Source: Pristiophorus japonicus
Taxonomy: Eukaryota
Direction: 5' to 3'
DNA: 64,000 nucleotides
NCBI RefSeq assembly: GCF_044704955.1
Contig: NW_027251843.1
Location: forward strand, 620,001 to 684,000
The stretch's first letter is position 1. Each line of letters opens with the position of its first letter. Position numbers and translations under genes: made by a program. This document shows, one piece after another, positions 1 through 13,800 of this stretch. The notes under the pieces were generated by a model. It had not been told where the DNA came from. It did not search any database and saw only the letters and a program-made list of their open reading frames with translations.

Positions 1-324
1 GCCGAAATGGCCTCATTCCATGCTGTAATTTTCTGTGATTCTATGATCTTGCTTGTGGTGTTGACCACTTTAAAAATCGCAGCACATATTTTATTGAAGA
101 TATTTCCGTCCCCGGTTTCCCCGCTGCCAATAATTGGATCAATCGATGCTGCAGCGTCCCCTTGTGGTACATCTATATGGACTCCACCCAAACCCCTGCT
201 TTCAACCCTTGAACCCACATTGCCTACGTTAGTTGGAGCACCGCTTCTTAATCACAGCAACTCACAGCACAGAGGAAGGCCAATCAGCCCATCAAACCTG
301 TGCTGGTTCTTTGAAAGAGCTATG

Positions 325-481
325 GACTACTATGGCCTGGACTAATGATACAGAAACATGAGTTCAAATCCCACCATGGTAGCTGGGGAATTTAAATTCA
401 GTTAAATAAATAAATCTGGGAAAAAAAGCTAGTGTCAGTCATGGTGACCATGAAACTGCTGGATTGTCGTAAAAACCCATC
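325..481 (+). mobile_element. tRNA-derived SINE fragment
   Basis: B-box-like GAGTTCAAATCCC followed by a body resembling common shark SINEs. Confidence 0.55.
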
Positions 482-2036
482 TACCTGGCCTGCTACCTTC
501 AGGGATCTGTGGACATGCATACCAAGGTCCCTTTGTTCCTCTGCACCTCTCAGTATCCTAACATTTAATGTGTATTCCCATGCCTTGTTAGCTGTCCCCA
601 TATGCATTACCTCACACTTCTCTGGATTAAATTCCATTTGCCACTGTTCTGCCCACTTGACCATTTCATTGATATCTTCCTGCCATCTACAGCTTTCTTC
701 TTCATTATCAGCCACACGGCCAATTTTAATATCATCTGCAAATTTGTTAATCATACCCCCTATAAGCCAAAAAAAGCAAGGGACCTAGAACTGAGCCCTG
801 CAGAATCCCACTGGATACAGTTTTCCAGTTACAAAAACACCCATCAACCATTACCCTTTGCTTCCTGCCTCTGAGCCAATTTTGGATCTAACTTGCCACT
901 TTGGCCTGGATCCCATGGGCTTTTAGTTTTGTGACCAGTCTGTTTTGTGGCACCTTATTAAAAGTCTTGCTGAAAGCCATATAAACTACATCATATGCAG
1001 TGCCCTCATCGACCCTCCTTATTACTTCCTCGATGAATTCACTTAAGTTAGTCAGACACGATCTTCCCTTAGCAATCTCTTGATTAATCTGCGTTTTTCT
1101 CAATGAAGACTTTTCCTCTCTCTTAGGATTTTTTCCAATAATTTTCCCACCACCGAGGTTAGGCTGACATGCCTGTAATTACTCGGTCTATCCCTTTTTC
1201 CCTTTTTAAACAAAGGTACAACATTAGCAATCCTCCAGTTCTCTGGCACCACACCTATAGCCAAGGGGATTGGAAAATGTTGGTCAGAGCCTCTGCTATT
1301 TCCTCTTTTGATTCTCTTAACAGCCTGGGATACATTTTATCCAGGCCTGGGCATTTATCCACTTTCAAAGCTGCTAAGCCCCTTAATACTTCTGCTCTCA
1401 CTATGTTTATTTCATCTAATATTTCACACTTCTCCTCCCTGGTTGCAATGTCTGCATCGCCCCTCTCTTTTGTGAAAACAGACGCAAAGTATTCATTGCG
1501 AACCATACCCATGTCTTATGCCTCCACACACAGATTACCTTTATGGTCTCGAATAGACCCTACTCTTTCTTTAATTATCCTCTTGCTCTTAATATATTTA
1601 TAAAACATCTTTGGGTTTTCCTTGATTTTACTTGCCAAAATGTTTTCATGCTCTCTCTTTGCTTTCCTAATTTCCTTTTAAATTGCACCCCTGCACTTTC
1701 TATACCCTCTAAAGTTCCTGCAGTATTGAGCCCTTGGTATCTGTCATAAGCCTCCCTTTTTTACTTTATCCTACACTGTATTTCCCTTGACATCCAGGGC
1801 CTCTAGATTTGTTAGTCCCACTCTTTTTCTTTAAGGGAACAGACTTACTCTGAAACCACAGGATTTCCCCGTTGAATGCCTCCCACTGCTCTGACACTGA
1901 TTTACCTTCAAGTAGCCGTTTCCAGTCCACTTTCGCCCAATCTCATTTCAGCTCAGCAAAATTGACTTTTCCCCAATTGAGAACTTTTATTCCTGCTCTA
2001 TCTTTGTCCTTTTCCATAACTACCCTAAATCTAACT
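482..2036 (-). mobile_element. CR1 LINE ORF2 fragment (degenerate)
   Basis: ORF pieces KFADD, SCLTNL..F, DK.PG.D...PR.L, VLNWGK.NF. Confidence 0.9.
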
Positions 2037-5000
2037 CGGTTTGGCAGCAGGGAGAGATGGGTGAGCCAGAAATGAAAGGGTCGGAGCCGGGACCAATGTG
2101 TCCGGTCCGGCAGCAAAAGTTCAGCGCGCCAAGGCATTAGCGTTGATTGCCTTGCACTCGGATAGTAGGGACGTGAGGGGTTTGTGGTCGATTTCTAACA
2201 CAAATTTGGCCCCGAAAAGGTATTGGTGCATCTTTTTGACACCGTACACACAAGCGAGTGCCTCCTTCTCAACCATACCGTACCCATGCTCCGCCCGCGA
2301 AAGTGACCTGGAGGCATAAGCAACGGGCTGCAATTTACCCGCATCATTGACGTGCTGTAAAATGCACCCGACCTAGTACGCTGACGCATCACACATAAGG
2401 ATTAACTTTTTACCTGGGTCGAAAAAGGCTAAAACACTCTTGGAACATAGAAGGTTGCGTGCCTTATTAAAGGCGCGTTCTTGGGCGTCCCACCAAAACC
2501 AATCGCACCCCTTTCTGAGTAGCTCATGGAGAGGCTCCAGCAGCGTGCTCAAGTTCTGCATAAAGTTTCCAAGTAATTGAGTAGCCTGAGAAAGGCGTGC
2601 AGTTCCGAGACATTCCGGAGCCTGGGTGCCAGGCGAATCGCTTCAGTTTTGGATTCGGTTAGGCGGATTCCATCAGCGGCAATCCTTCTGCCCAAAAATT
2701 CAACTTCAGGTGCGAGAAACAGACACTTGGATTTCTTAACTCTTAGGCCTACCCGATCAAATCGACTTAGTACTTCCTCAAGATTGCGGAGATGAGTATG
2801 TTATCTTGAAACACAACCGTCCCCGGAATGTACTTGAGCAGACTCTCCATGTTGCGCTGGAATATATCAGCTGCCAACCTGATTGTACACAAAAAGGCCT
2901 CGATGTGTTTTGATGGTGGTGAGTAGCTTAGACTCTTCGGTCAGTTCTTGCGTCATATACGCAGATGTGAGGTCAAGTTTCAAGAAAAGCTTTCCTCCAG
3001 CTAACATGGCAAATAGGTCCTCCACTCTGGGCAGTGGGTATTGGTCCTGTCGGGAGACTCTGCTTATGGCAGACTTGTAATCCCCACAGATTCGCACGGA
3101 TCCATCAGGCTTCATGACGGGGACGATGGGGCTTGCCCAGTCACTGAATTCCACGGAAGAAATTATGCCTTCCCGCAGAAGCCGGTCCAGTTTGTTTTCA
3201 ATCTTTTCCCTCATCACATAAGGCACAGTTCTAGCAGTTGTGATGGACCGGTCTGGCATTCTGTGTGATGTAGTTTCTAACTTTAGCCCCTTTGAAGGTG
3301 CCCACACCTGGCTGAAAGAGATGTTCAAAACGGCTTAGAACTGTTGAGCAGGAGGTCCGTTCCTCTGACGACATGGCGTGAAAATCATCGCATTTCCAAT
3401 TAAGTTCTGCTAGCCTGCTTCTCCCCAACAGGGCTGGGAGATCCCCGGGGACAATCCACAGGGAAAGTCGGTTCACCATCTCTTTGTGTGTGGCTGAGAG
3501 CATGGCGCTTCCAAGGACTGGGATGATTTCTTTAGTATAGGTCCTTAGTTTGGTGTCGATCTTTGTGAGTTTTGGTCTGTTGCTTTTGTGTGGCCACAGC
3601 TGTTCAAATTGTTGAACGCTCATGAGGGATTGACTGGCCCCCTTGTCCAGTTCCATGTTGATGGGTATCCCATTGAGTAGAACCCTCATCATAATTGGAG
3701 GCGTCTTGGTGTAAGAACAGTGGACATTGATCGAGTTAACCCGCTGTACCTCGGCGCCCCGTGCACTGTTTCAACCGTCTTCTGGTCCGCTTTTCGACCC
3801 TTCTGATTCGTGTACCAGCCGAGCTGCTGTTTTACTGCACATGCGAGCCAGATGCCCTGTGTAGTTGCAGTTTCTGCAAATGGCATGCTGAAATCGACAC
3901 ACCCTGGTTGAGTGCCTTCCCCCACATCTCCAACACAGACCGTTTCCATTGTTTTACAAAGGATGAGCTGCATCTAGCTGATCTCCCTTGAGCTTCTCTC
4001 AATCTGTTGTTGATTGCTCGCATTGTGGGTTGATGAGGTGTGACTGGCCGTTCATGTGGCCCTTGATTTTGATGGCTTCTGGTGCCACTGTTTGCTGTTG
4101 ATGACCAGCTCTCCTGCCTTTGTCTGTGTGTCGGGGTAGTGGTTTGTTTCACAATGTGAACCCCTTGTTCCAATACCTCGTTGGTTGTCGTACCTGAAGT
4201 ATAGATCAGCCTCGTTTCCTCCTCGCCTGCTAAGACTAAGTTCTTAGTCTCTATAAGCTTTCGGAATATGCCTGCGTGGCCTATTCCTTTAATAAAAAAG
4301 TCTGTCAGTACTTCTCTCCTTAATTCATCGGGGAACTCACATGAACTAGCCAGCCTCTGAAGTTCCGCCACGAAGTCGGGTATGCTTTGGCCCACACAGC
4401 ATCTGTAGTTGTAGAACCTGTGTCTGGCTATGTGTGGGCTGCTCGCTGGCTTCAGATGGTCTCTTACCAGTGTGCTCAACTCCTCAAATGACTTGCTTGC
4501 TGGTTTCTCGGGTGCCAGCAGGTCTTTCATTAAAGCATATGTTTTCGAGCCATAGCTGGTCAAGAGACGGGCTCTTTTCTTGTCTGCCTTATCATCGCCA
4601 AGCCAGTCTTTGGTCACAAAGCTTTGCTGGAGCCTTTCTATAAAGTCATCCCAATTGTCTCCAGCATTGTATTTCTCATCTGAGCTGTTGGTAGCCATTC
4701 TGTGGATTCTGTGATCCCGTAACTCGTCGCCACTGTTAAGTCCTGACTCTAATGTACTGACTTACACAAGACACATGCTGAAGTCAAAGTCAGTCAGGAC
4801 CTGCCTCTTTAATTCCAGCTCTCCCGTGCTGCACTTGCCTGAGACCTCCCTTAAAATACCTCAGTGGGACAGGTATGGAGTGTCTCCTGCAAGTGCACCC
4901 CTGGTGGTAAGGTATGCTTATTGTTACAGGTCTTATCCAGTTACAGTCATGTATAGCATGGTAAGATACAGTTATATACAGTAATGTGAGATACATGACA
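2037..5000 (-). mobile_element. Gypsy/Ty3 (Mag-like) LTR retrotransposon, 3'-truncated, single LTR 4734-5000
   Basis: gag 3832-4698, protease-like MELDKGAS, RT (WASPIVPV, DQYPLP), RNase H (PVAYASR, DHKPL). PBS TGGCGACGAG at 4723-4732 (minus). Same family as 10833-15556. No integrase or 3' LTR. Confidence 0.93.
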
Positions 5001-8000
5001 AGAACAATCCCTCGGGCCCGCAGCAAGCGCAGTCATAAAGTGAAGCTATGCTTCACAGAGAAAGTCATTTAATTAGCAGTTCCCGGGGACACTGAAAGCA
5101 GCCTTTAGAACTGGAGCAGGTCACAGGGATATCAGCCAATGGGACCGCACAGAAGCAGGCCATTTTGTCCATTGTACCCGGGCCTGCTCCCTGAAAGATC
5201 TGGCCAATTCCTCCCAGTCGCTGCTCCTTCCCCACATCCCGGAAAGTTTTATTTGTCAAGTAGATAACCAATTCTCTTCTGCGAATGATTATTGCATCTG
5301 CTGAGCCAACCTCTTAGGCAATGCATTCAAGATCAGAACAATAAATTCAACTGGGTTTGCCTCTGAGAATTGACGGTGACCTTGGTGCTGGACACAGGGC
5401 TACAACTGACCCTGGGCCTTGATATATTCCAGAAAGCCTTATTATTACAGGCGCCTATCTTCCAGTGGGATTATTGGACTGCATTGACCCTGGGAGTGGA
5501 GACAGTCAGTGGGGCAGTCAGACTCGCTTCACTCTGAGCTTACATCTTTCAATAGACTGCAGATTTTTACAATCTAACAGCCGAAATATCCGAGTTTTAA
5601 GCTGCTCACATTTCTTTCACATTAAACCTGGGAGGTTGGGTCGCATCCTGTGGCGGGAACTCATTGACTGAATGTGAGATGTCAGTTTCCTGTTGAAGTT
5701 GCATATCCATCGGAGCGAACGGTTTAACATTGGCCGCTTTCACACACTGGGCTCTGACACACGGAACTGTAACTGTGCGGGAGGAGAATGTAAGACAGAC
5801 ACAGATTATGGGGCGGAGTGACAGGACTGCATCAAGTTGTGAAAGGTTGGGAGATGGGAGGTTGAAGCACATTGTTCCCAGTGGATGGGGGCTCAAGGAG
5901 GAGGCACCAAAGGTACAAGACATTTGGAATAAGGAACAGGACAAACTTTCCAACAAATAGTTGTGAGGCTGAGATTCAATTCCAGGGTTTGTGTATAAGC
6001 AGCAAATATGTCCATATAAAAGTGGATGGGATAGGTGTGTGAGGGAAGGGGTGATGAGGGATGTGGGGACAGAGAGGTAAATGCCATTCTCACGAGCTGC
6101 TCACTGTAAGGACCTGACGGGATCTTCAATGTGAATTTGAATCGGATGTTGAGCGGCTCTTTCTGGATGTGTGGAGCGGGAGTGAGCGGGGGAGAATCTG
6201 GGCCAATTTCAAACATATTGAGTGCACAGTAATTGTCAGACATTCCCGGCTATTACAGCAGGGGGAGTGGAAGAAGAGGCTGTCTGTTGTAATGTGAATA
6301 AACCCATTGTATCATAAACTGCGCGGATTCTCAGCTATAATTGCACCAGTCCCAAAGTCAGTAAATGAAGGAAATAAATAGTGTTTAAAAGTAACATTCT
6401 AATGTCAATAAAACACTCAGTTAAGGAACACGGGAGAGCGGGAAATATATTCACTGAATTTTTGACTATGAATGGACTTGGAAAAACGCAGCGAAAAAGG
6501 ATAGTTACCGAGATATGAGCAGTAATGCAGTTAACCCCTGGTCCGTACAATTAGTCCCGGAATATCGTCACTTCCCGGGGATTCCAAGGAATGCTATAAT
6601 CGGATAGTAAATCATTCCTGTCTGGGTCAGTGTCGGTAGCACGGTGAATGGATAGGCGGTGAACAGATCTCTCATTCTGACAAAGAAGTGATGGTGACTC
6701 TTGGCTCTGGACACAGGGCTTCAACTGACTGTCAGATGTGAGATTAAGAGAAAGCCCTTATTTATAATCGAGGAACACCTCCCGTGGGATCAGCAAATAG
6801 CAACATTGACATTACTTCCAGTCAGTGGGACAGCGGGACATCTCCCTTCACGGAAAGGTGTTATGTAAGTGTTTATAAATTGATGTTGGGTGTTATGAAA
6901 TGAAACAGCCCAAAGATTGGAATAATATGATGGTCCCATGTCCATGTCTGGATGTACTGAAAGCCGGGCTCTGAGCCAAGCACTGCCCCTGAACCACAAA
7001 CAGCTCCCTTTTCCTTCTGTGCTGGGACCCGGCTCACACCTGGCCATGCACCAATTGCATTCCCCCAATTCTCAGACACCTCTCAAGGCTTCATACCGCC
7101 CCCGACCATGGGAACTCGCTCTTGTTCATCTCATACTGAGCTTTCACAATTGGAATACTAATCTGTGTCCTGAGAACAGGAAGAGGTCGGGCTTTCGACC
7201 AACAGGAGGAATAAAGTAACATTCAAACCTCAGACAGAACAATGTGCCCAGGCCCTGAAATAACCTGGGTTTGATAAGGATTAGGAACAGGAGGAGGTCA
7301 TTGGGCCCCTCGACCCTGCTCCGCCATTTAATGAGATCATGGCTGATCTGAAATGTCAGTGGAATTAAAATGCTCTGAATGTTTCAGGGGATGATACAGA
7401 CACCAGATGCCGGACGGGCGGGAACCGAGGTATAGGGACCCGGACAATATTGCAATAAGCTCTGCCAAGTGTGAAGCAGGATGTGTCTGGAGATCTCCGT
7501 CCCCCAGGATGCTGCGGTGGGTCCAACGTTTGTGCTCAGCTCTTCATTGTCCATTATTATCCATTCTGTGCAGGCCCACTTTGATCCTTTCAGTAATATA
7601 GGATATTAGGGCTAGGGATATAGTAACATTGGGAACAGGAGCAGGCCATTCGGCCCCTTGGGCCTGCTCCCCATTCACATAGATCCTGGCCAATCTGCAG
7701 GCCAGCTCCATTTTCCCTCCTTGCTCCATATCACATGATACCCTTATCGAACAAATATCTTCCATCTCAGCCTTGGAAGCCCCACTTGGCCCTAAATCCA
7801 CTGGGGTGGGAATACCCACATTCCCACTACACTTCCTGTCAAAAAGTGCTTCCGGACCTGGCTCCTCAAAGGCCTAGATCGAATTGTACCTTTATTTCAC
7901 CAGGTCTTTAATCCCACACCAGAGGAAATAGTTTCTCTGCATCGACCCGATAGAAATGGTTAATATTTTACACAACACTATCAGATCACCCTCCAGTCCC

Positions 8001-8059
8001 CCATTCTGCAGTGAATTCATGTTTTATTTATGCAACATTTAGCCGCTAAAACCGGGTAA

Positions 8060-9130
8060 TATACTGCGCAGGAAGGTTCTCTTCCCTTCTAATGGGCGGA
8101 AGGGACCTCCACAGGAGACCAATGCAGCCTGGTTGCACAATGCACAGGACTCAAGCGGGAATGTCATCAGAGGACCTGGCTGCAGTGGTGCAAACCTTTC
8201 AATGATCTCAGTGGATCACAAGCCCTCACTGAAAAACCACACTCAACCTCATCCTGCTGTGCCAATCTTCACATCCCCATCACACTGCCTTCCCTACTCT
8301 TGCACTTCCTTACTCACACCAACTTAGCTTGCACCTCCACTCATTCCCTCTCTCTATCTCCATTATCACATCCCTTTCTCACCAGCCACCCCTCACACTC
8401 ACCCTCACCTCGTCCAATCATACCAACTAAGCACACAAGGGTAGGCACTTGGCTCTTTTAGCCAAATCTTTATTTTTAACATTTTGCCTTCTTGGAACTT
8501 CTACTGAGAAGTGGTTTAATGAGTTGCAGTGAACAGCGAGACATAAAGGTAACCCCCGCAATGGTGCTGAGTGTGAAAGGAATGATTTGTGCATTGTCGG
8601 GATACTGTATGGTGCTGTTGTGGTGTGGTGCCAACCTGGTGCATCATGTGACAGCCTGGTGCACAGTGTGAAGGGAAGTAAATGTGGCCACGGTGAGGGT
8701 ATCCCTGGCCTCCCGGGCAGCAATGTCTTCAGGTGCTGATGCCCCGTGTCCTGTGCAGCATCAGGTGATTATGGATAATGTTGGTGTTGTGGCTGGTGTG
8801 TCTGGTGATGCTGGTGTGTCTGGTGCTGCTGGTGTCTCTGGTGATGCTGGTGTGTCTGGTACTGCTGGTGTGCTGGGTGAATCTGGTGTGTCTGGTGATG
8901 CTGGTGATGCTGGTGTGTCTGGTGATGCTGGTGTGTCTGGTGATGCTGCTGTGCCTGGTGCTGCTGGTGTGCCTGGTGCTGCTGGTGTTGGGGCTGATCG
9001 TGGTGGGATTCTGAGGACCAAGGTGAGATTTTTTCAAGGGCACCGATGCGGATGGAATATCTGGCAGCTGAAGTTGAGATTCCAGAAGCGATCTGTCAAT
9101 GGTGAGAGAGGTTGCTCCAAGGAGGTGCCA
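8060..9130 (-). mobile_element. PIF/Harbinger-like remnant containing an 18-bp microsatellite-like array
   Basis: Minus strand near 8680-8725 reads AAREARDTLTVATF, resembling a Harbinger transposase C-terminus. Highly decayed. Confidence 0.4.
8785..8995. repeat. Tandem repeat, about 18-bp unit (GCTGGTGTGTCTGGTGAT)
   Basis: About 11 imperfect copies visible. Confidence 0.9.
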
Positions 9131-9235
9131 GTGAATAGAGAGTTTACTCCAAACACTTCCAACCAGATTAAAGCTCAAATGTGTATTCCAAATCCTGAAT
9201 GCTCCAGCTTCTGAGATTGGAAGAATAGGCAGATA

Positions 9236-10832
9236 TTTCAGGAGACCCCTAAGGGAATCTCACTCTCTAACCAGTTTTGCATTCTGAAATTCGGTGTGGG
9301 AGATGTTTCCGAAGGATAATGCAGCCAGCTCCAAGACCATAGCACCATGTGTGGCTCAGCTGTACGGGACAGGTGGACAAGGGGAGGTGGGGGTGGACAA
9401 GGGGGTGGGGCGGTGGACAAGGGGGTGGGGCGGTGGAAAAGGGGGTGGGGGGTGGCCAAGCGGGGATGGGGGGTGGGAAAGGGGGGGATGGGGGGTAGAC
9501 AAGGGGGTGGGAGTGGACAAGGGGGGGTGGGGCGGTGGACGAAGAGGTGGGGCAGTGGACAAAGTGGTGGGGGGGGGGTGGACAAGGGGGTGGGGCGGTG
9601 GACAAGTGGGTGGGGAGGCGAGGGAGGAGAAAGGTCAAGAGAGTCATAGTTATAGAGGATTCTATAGTCAGGGGAGCAGACAGGTGTTTCTGTGGCCATA
9701 GTCATGAGTCCAGGATGGTATGATGCCTCCCTGGTGCGAGAGACAAAGATATCACAGAGCGGCTGCAATCCATTCTGAAGGGGGAGGGTGCACTGCCAGA
9801 CATGCCAGACTGCCAATGTCATGGGTAGAAAGAGTGACAGGAATAGCAACTCAACGTTCCTGGTTACAAGGCTTTCAGAGGAGATAGAGAGGGGGTTTAA
9901 AATGAGGAGTCGTGACATTATTGGTTAAAAAACAATTATAGCTGTGAGAATGCATGCCATGTTAGACGAATCATCAACTGATGCTATATGGGTTGAACTA
10001 AGGAACAAAAAAGGGGCAATCACACTGCAGCGAGTGTACTATCGACCCGCAAACACTCTGAGGGTGATAGGAGAGCACATTTGTAGGATCATTTATCACA
10101 AGTGCAAAAACAATCGGGCAGTAATAGTGGGGGATTTCAATTAGCCCAATATTAGCTGGGATACACTCCGTGTAAAGGGTACAGGTGGCCCAGAATTTCT
10201 AAACTGTATTCAGGAGAAGGTTTTTGGCCAGTTAGCCAGCCGAACAAGAGTGTGGGGGATCAGTTCTGGATTGAGTGTTGGGGAGTGAAGCTGGGAAGGT
10301 GGAAGGGGTATCAGTGGGAGAGCATTGTTGTGGTAGTGATCATAATTCAGTTAGTATTAGCATAGTTTTGGATAAGGACAAAGATAAAACTGGAGTAAAG
10401 GTTCTAAATTGGGGGAAGGCCAATTTTATTGGGTTGAGAAGTGATTTAGTCAAAGTGGACTGGAAACAGCTAGTTGAGCTACAGTGGGAGGCATTCAAGA
10501 GGGAGATCTAAGGGGTTCAGGGTAAACATGTTCCCACAAAGAAAATGGTAGAACTGCCAAATTTAAAAGCCCCTGGATGACAAGGGGCAGAAAGGGGAAA
10601 ATAAGGCAAAAAGGGAAGATAAGATCAGATATCGAGAGCTCAATACTGCAGAAAGCCGAGAAGAGGATAGAAAGTGTAGGGGTGACATCACAAACACAAT
10701 TAGGAAAGCAAAGAGAGAGCATGAAAATATACTGGTGAGTAGAATTAAAGAAAACACAAAGATGGTTTCTAAGTAGATAAAGAGCAAGAAGATAAGTAAG
10801 GAAAGAGTAGGGCGGAGAATGGGGTCAGGTTC
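9236..10832 (+). mobile_element. CR1 LINE 5' part (ORF1 esterase plus ORF2 endonuclease), split by a Gypsy insertion and resuming at 15557-15662
   Basis: DSIVRGADR.FCG (esterase motif), AIWVELRNKKG, VIVGDFN, SDHNSV, VLNWGKANF. Confidence 0.85.
9370..9628 (+). repeat. G-rich minisatellite (GGGGGTGGGGCGGTGGACAA)n
   Basis: About 12 imperfect ~20-bp units with G4-G6 runs inside CR1 ORF1. Confidence 0.88.
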
Positions 10833-13800
10833 TGTCATGTATCTTACATTATAATATATAACTGTATTCTATTATGCTATACATGACTGTCATAAGATAT
10901 GACCTGTAACCACCAGCATACCTTACCACCAGGGGTGCACTTGCAAGAGACAGGTATATAAGGACAGGTCTCAGGCAAGTGCAGCATTCCAGAGCTGTGA
11001 AATAAAGGTGCAGGTACAGAGTGACCTTGACTTCACTACATGCCTTGTGTGAATCTGTACTGAGGGGACAGGACTTTACAGTGGCGACGAGTTACGGGAT
11101 TACAGAATCCACAGAATGGCGAACAACGGATCAGATGAAAAGTACAATGCGGGAGACAATTGGACAATTGGGAGGACTTTATAGAAAGGCTCCAGCAAAG
11201 CTTTGTAACCAAAGACTGGTTAGGCGACGAGAAGGCAGACAAGAGAAGAGCCCATCTCTTGACCAGCTGTGACTCGAAAACATACGCTTTAATGAAGGAT
11301 CTGCTGGCACCCGAGAAACCAGCAAGCAAGTCATTTGAAGAATTGAGCACACTGGTAAGAGACCACCTGAAGCCAGCGAGCAGACGACACATGGCCTGAC
11401 ACAGGTTCTACAACTACAGTCGCCAGAGCATACCCGACTTTGTGGTAGAACTTCGGAGGTTGGCTAGTTTATGTGAGTTCTCCGATGAACTGAGGAGAGA
11501 AATACTGAGAGACTTTTTCATTGAAGGAATAGGCCATGCAGGCCTATTCCGAAAGCTCATAGAGACCAAGAACCTGACCTTAGAGGCAGCAGCATTGGTT
11601 GCACAGACATTCTTGGTAGGGGAAGATGAAACGAGGTTGATTTACAATGCAGGTACGACAACTAGCGAAATATCGGAACAAGAAGCTCACAGCACTAAAC
11701 AAGCTGCTACCCCCGCACACAGACAAAACCAGGAGAACAGGCTCTCGACAGCAGGCAGTGGTGCTAGAAGCCATCAAGGGCCACGGGAACGGCCGTTCAC
11801 ACCTCATTAACCCACAATGCGAGCAATCAACTATAAACTGAGAGAAGCTCAAGAGAGATCAGCCAGACGCAGCTCATTCTTTGGGAACACTTTGAACAAT
11901 GGAACCGGTCTGTGCTGGAGGTGTGGGGGTGGGCACTCATCAAGGGGATGTCGATTTCAGCAGGCTGTTTGCAGGAACTGTGAATATACAGGGCATTTGG
12001 CCCGCATGTGCAAACAAATGGCAGCTCGGCTGGTATACGAATCGGATGGGTCGGAAAGCGGCCCAGAAGATGGTGGGAACAGTACCCGGGACACCGATGT
12101 ACAGCAGGTCAACACGATCAATGGCCGCTGCTCCTACAACAAGACGCCTCCTATAATGATGAGGGTCCTATTCAACGGGATACCTGTCAACATGGAGCTG
12201 GATACGGGAGTGAGTCAATCTCTCATGGGCGCTCAACAATTTGAACAACTGTGGCTGCATAAAAGAGACAGACCAAAACTCACAAGGGTCGACACCACAC
12301 TAAGGACCTATACCAAAGAAATCGTACCAGTCCTCGGCAGCGCCATGCTCTCTGTCACACACAAAGGGACAGTGAACCGACTTCCCCTGTGGATTGTCCC
12401 TGGAGACCCCTCAGCACTGCTGGGGAGAAGCTGGCTGGCAAAACTAAACTGGAAATGGGATGATGTCCATGCCATGTCATTAGAGGAACGGACCTCCTGC
12501 TCAACAGTTATAAAGCGATTTGAACATCTCTTACAGCCAGGTGTGGGCACTTTCAAAGGGGCCAAAGTCAAAATCTACATCACACAGGATGCTAGACTGG
12601 TCTATCACAAGGCCAGAGCTGTACCCTATGTGATGAGGGAAAAGATTGAACACGAACTAGACAGGCTTCTGCAGGAAGGCATTATATCACCTGTGGAATT
12701 TAGCGACTGGGCAAGTCCCATCGTCGCAGTCATGAAGCCTGATGGATCCGTACGAATCTGTGGGGACTACAAATCCACCATAAACAGAGTCTCCCTACAG
12801 GACCAGTACCCGCTGCCCAGAGCGGAGGACTTATTTGCCACATTGGCCGGAGGTAAACTTTTCTCAAAACTAGACCTCACATCTGCGTATATGACACAAG
12901 AATTGACCGAGGAATCCAAGCTACTCACCACCATCAACACACATCAAGGCCTTTTCATGTACAATCGATGCCCATTCGGCATCAGGTCGGCAGCTGCCAT
13001 ATTCCAGCGCAACATGGAGAGTCTGCTCAAGTCCATCCCGGGGACGGTTGTATTTCAAGACGACATACTTATCACGGGCAGGGACACCGACTCCCATCTC
13101 CGTAATTTGGAGGAAGTACTAAAGCGGTTAGATCAGGTAGGCCTATGAGTCAAGAAATCCAAGTGCCTGTTTCTCGCACCCGAGGTTGAATTTTTGGGCA
13201 GAAGGATTGCCGCTGATGGAATCCGCCCAACAGAGTCCAAAACAGAAGCAATTTGCCTGGCACCCAGGCCCCGTAATGTCCCAGAACTGCACGCCTTTCT
13301 CGGGCTACTAAATTACTTTTGGAACTTTATGCAGAACTTAAGCACGCTGCTGGAGCCTCTCCATGTGCTACTGAGGAAGGGGTGCGATAAGTTTTGGGGG
13401 GACGCCCAGGAACGCGTCTTCAATAAGGCACGCAACCTTCTGTGTTCCAACAGTGTTTTGACTTTCTTTGATCCAGGTAAAAAGCTAGTTCTCACATCAG
13501 CGTATGGGGTCGGGTGCGTTTTACAACATGTCAATAGTGCGGGCAAATTGCAACCCATAGCTTATGCCTCCAGGTCACTTTTGCGGATGGAGCGGGGGTT
13601 TGGAATGATAGAGACGGAGGTGATCGCGTGCGTGTACAGTGTCAAAAAGATGTACCAATACCTTTTCGGGGCCAAGTTCGCGTTAGAAACTGACCACAAA
13701 CCCCTCACGTCCCTCCTATCCGAGAGCAAGGCAATAAACGCCAATGCCTCACCGCGAATTCAACGGTGGGCACTCATGCTGGCGTCCTACGACTATACCA

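Noticed and set aside
5371-6735. J-segment-like reading (LGSG..LTVR followed by GTGAG) of the duplicated block on the + strand
   Set aside because: There is no in-frame FGxGTxLxV and no upstream RSS.
8684-9918. Gly/Ala/Pro-rich, collagen- or elastin-like ORFs
   Set aside because: They are translations of simple tandem repeats within TE remnants, with no exon structure.
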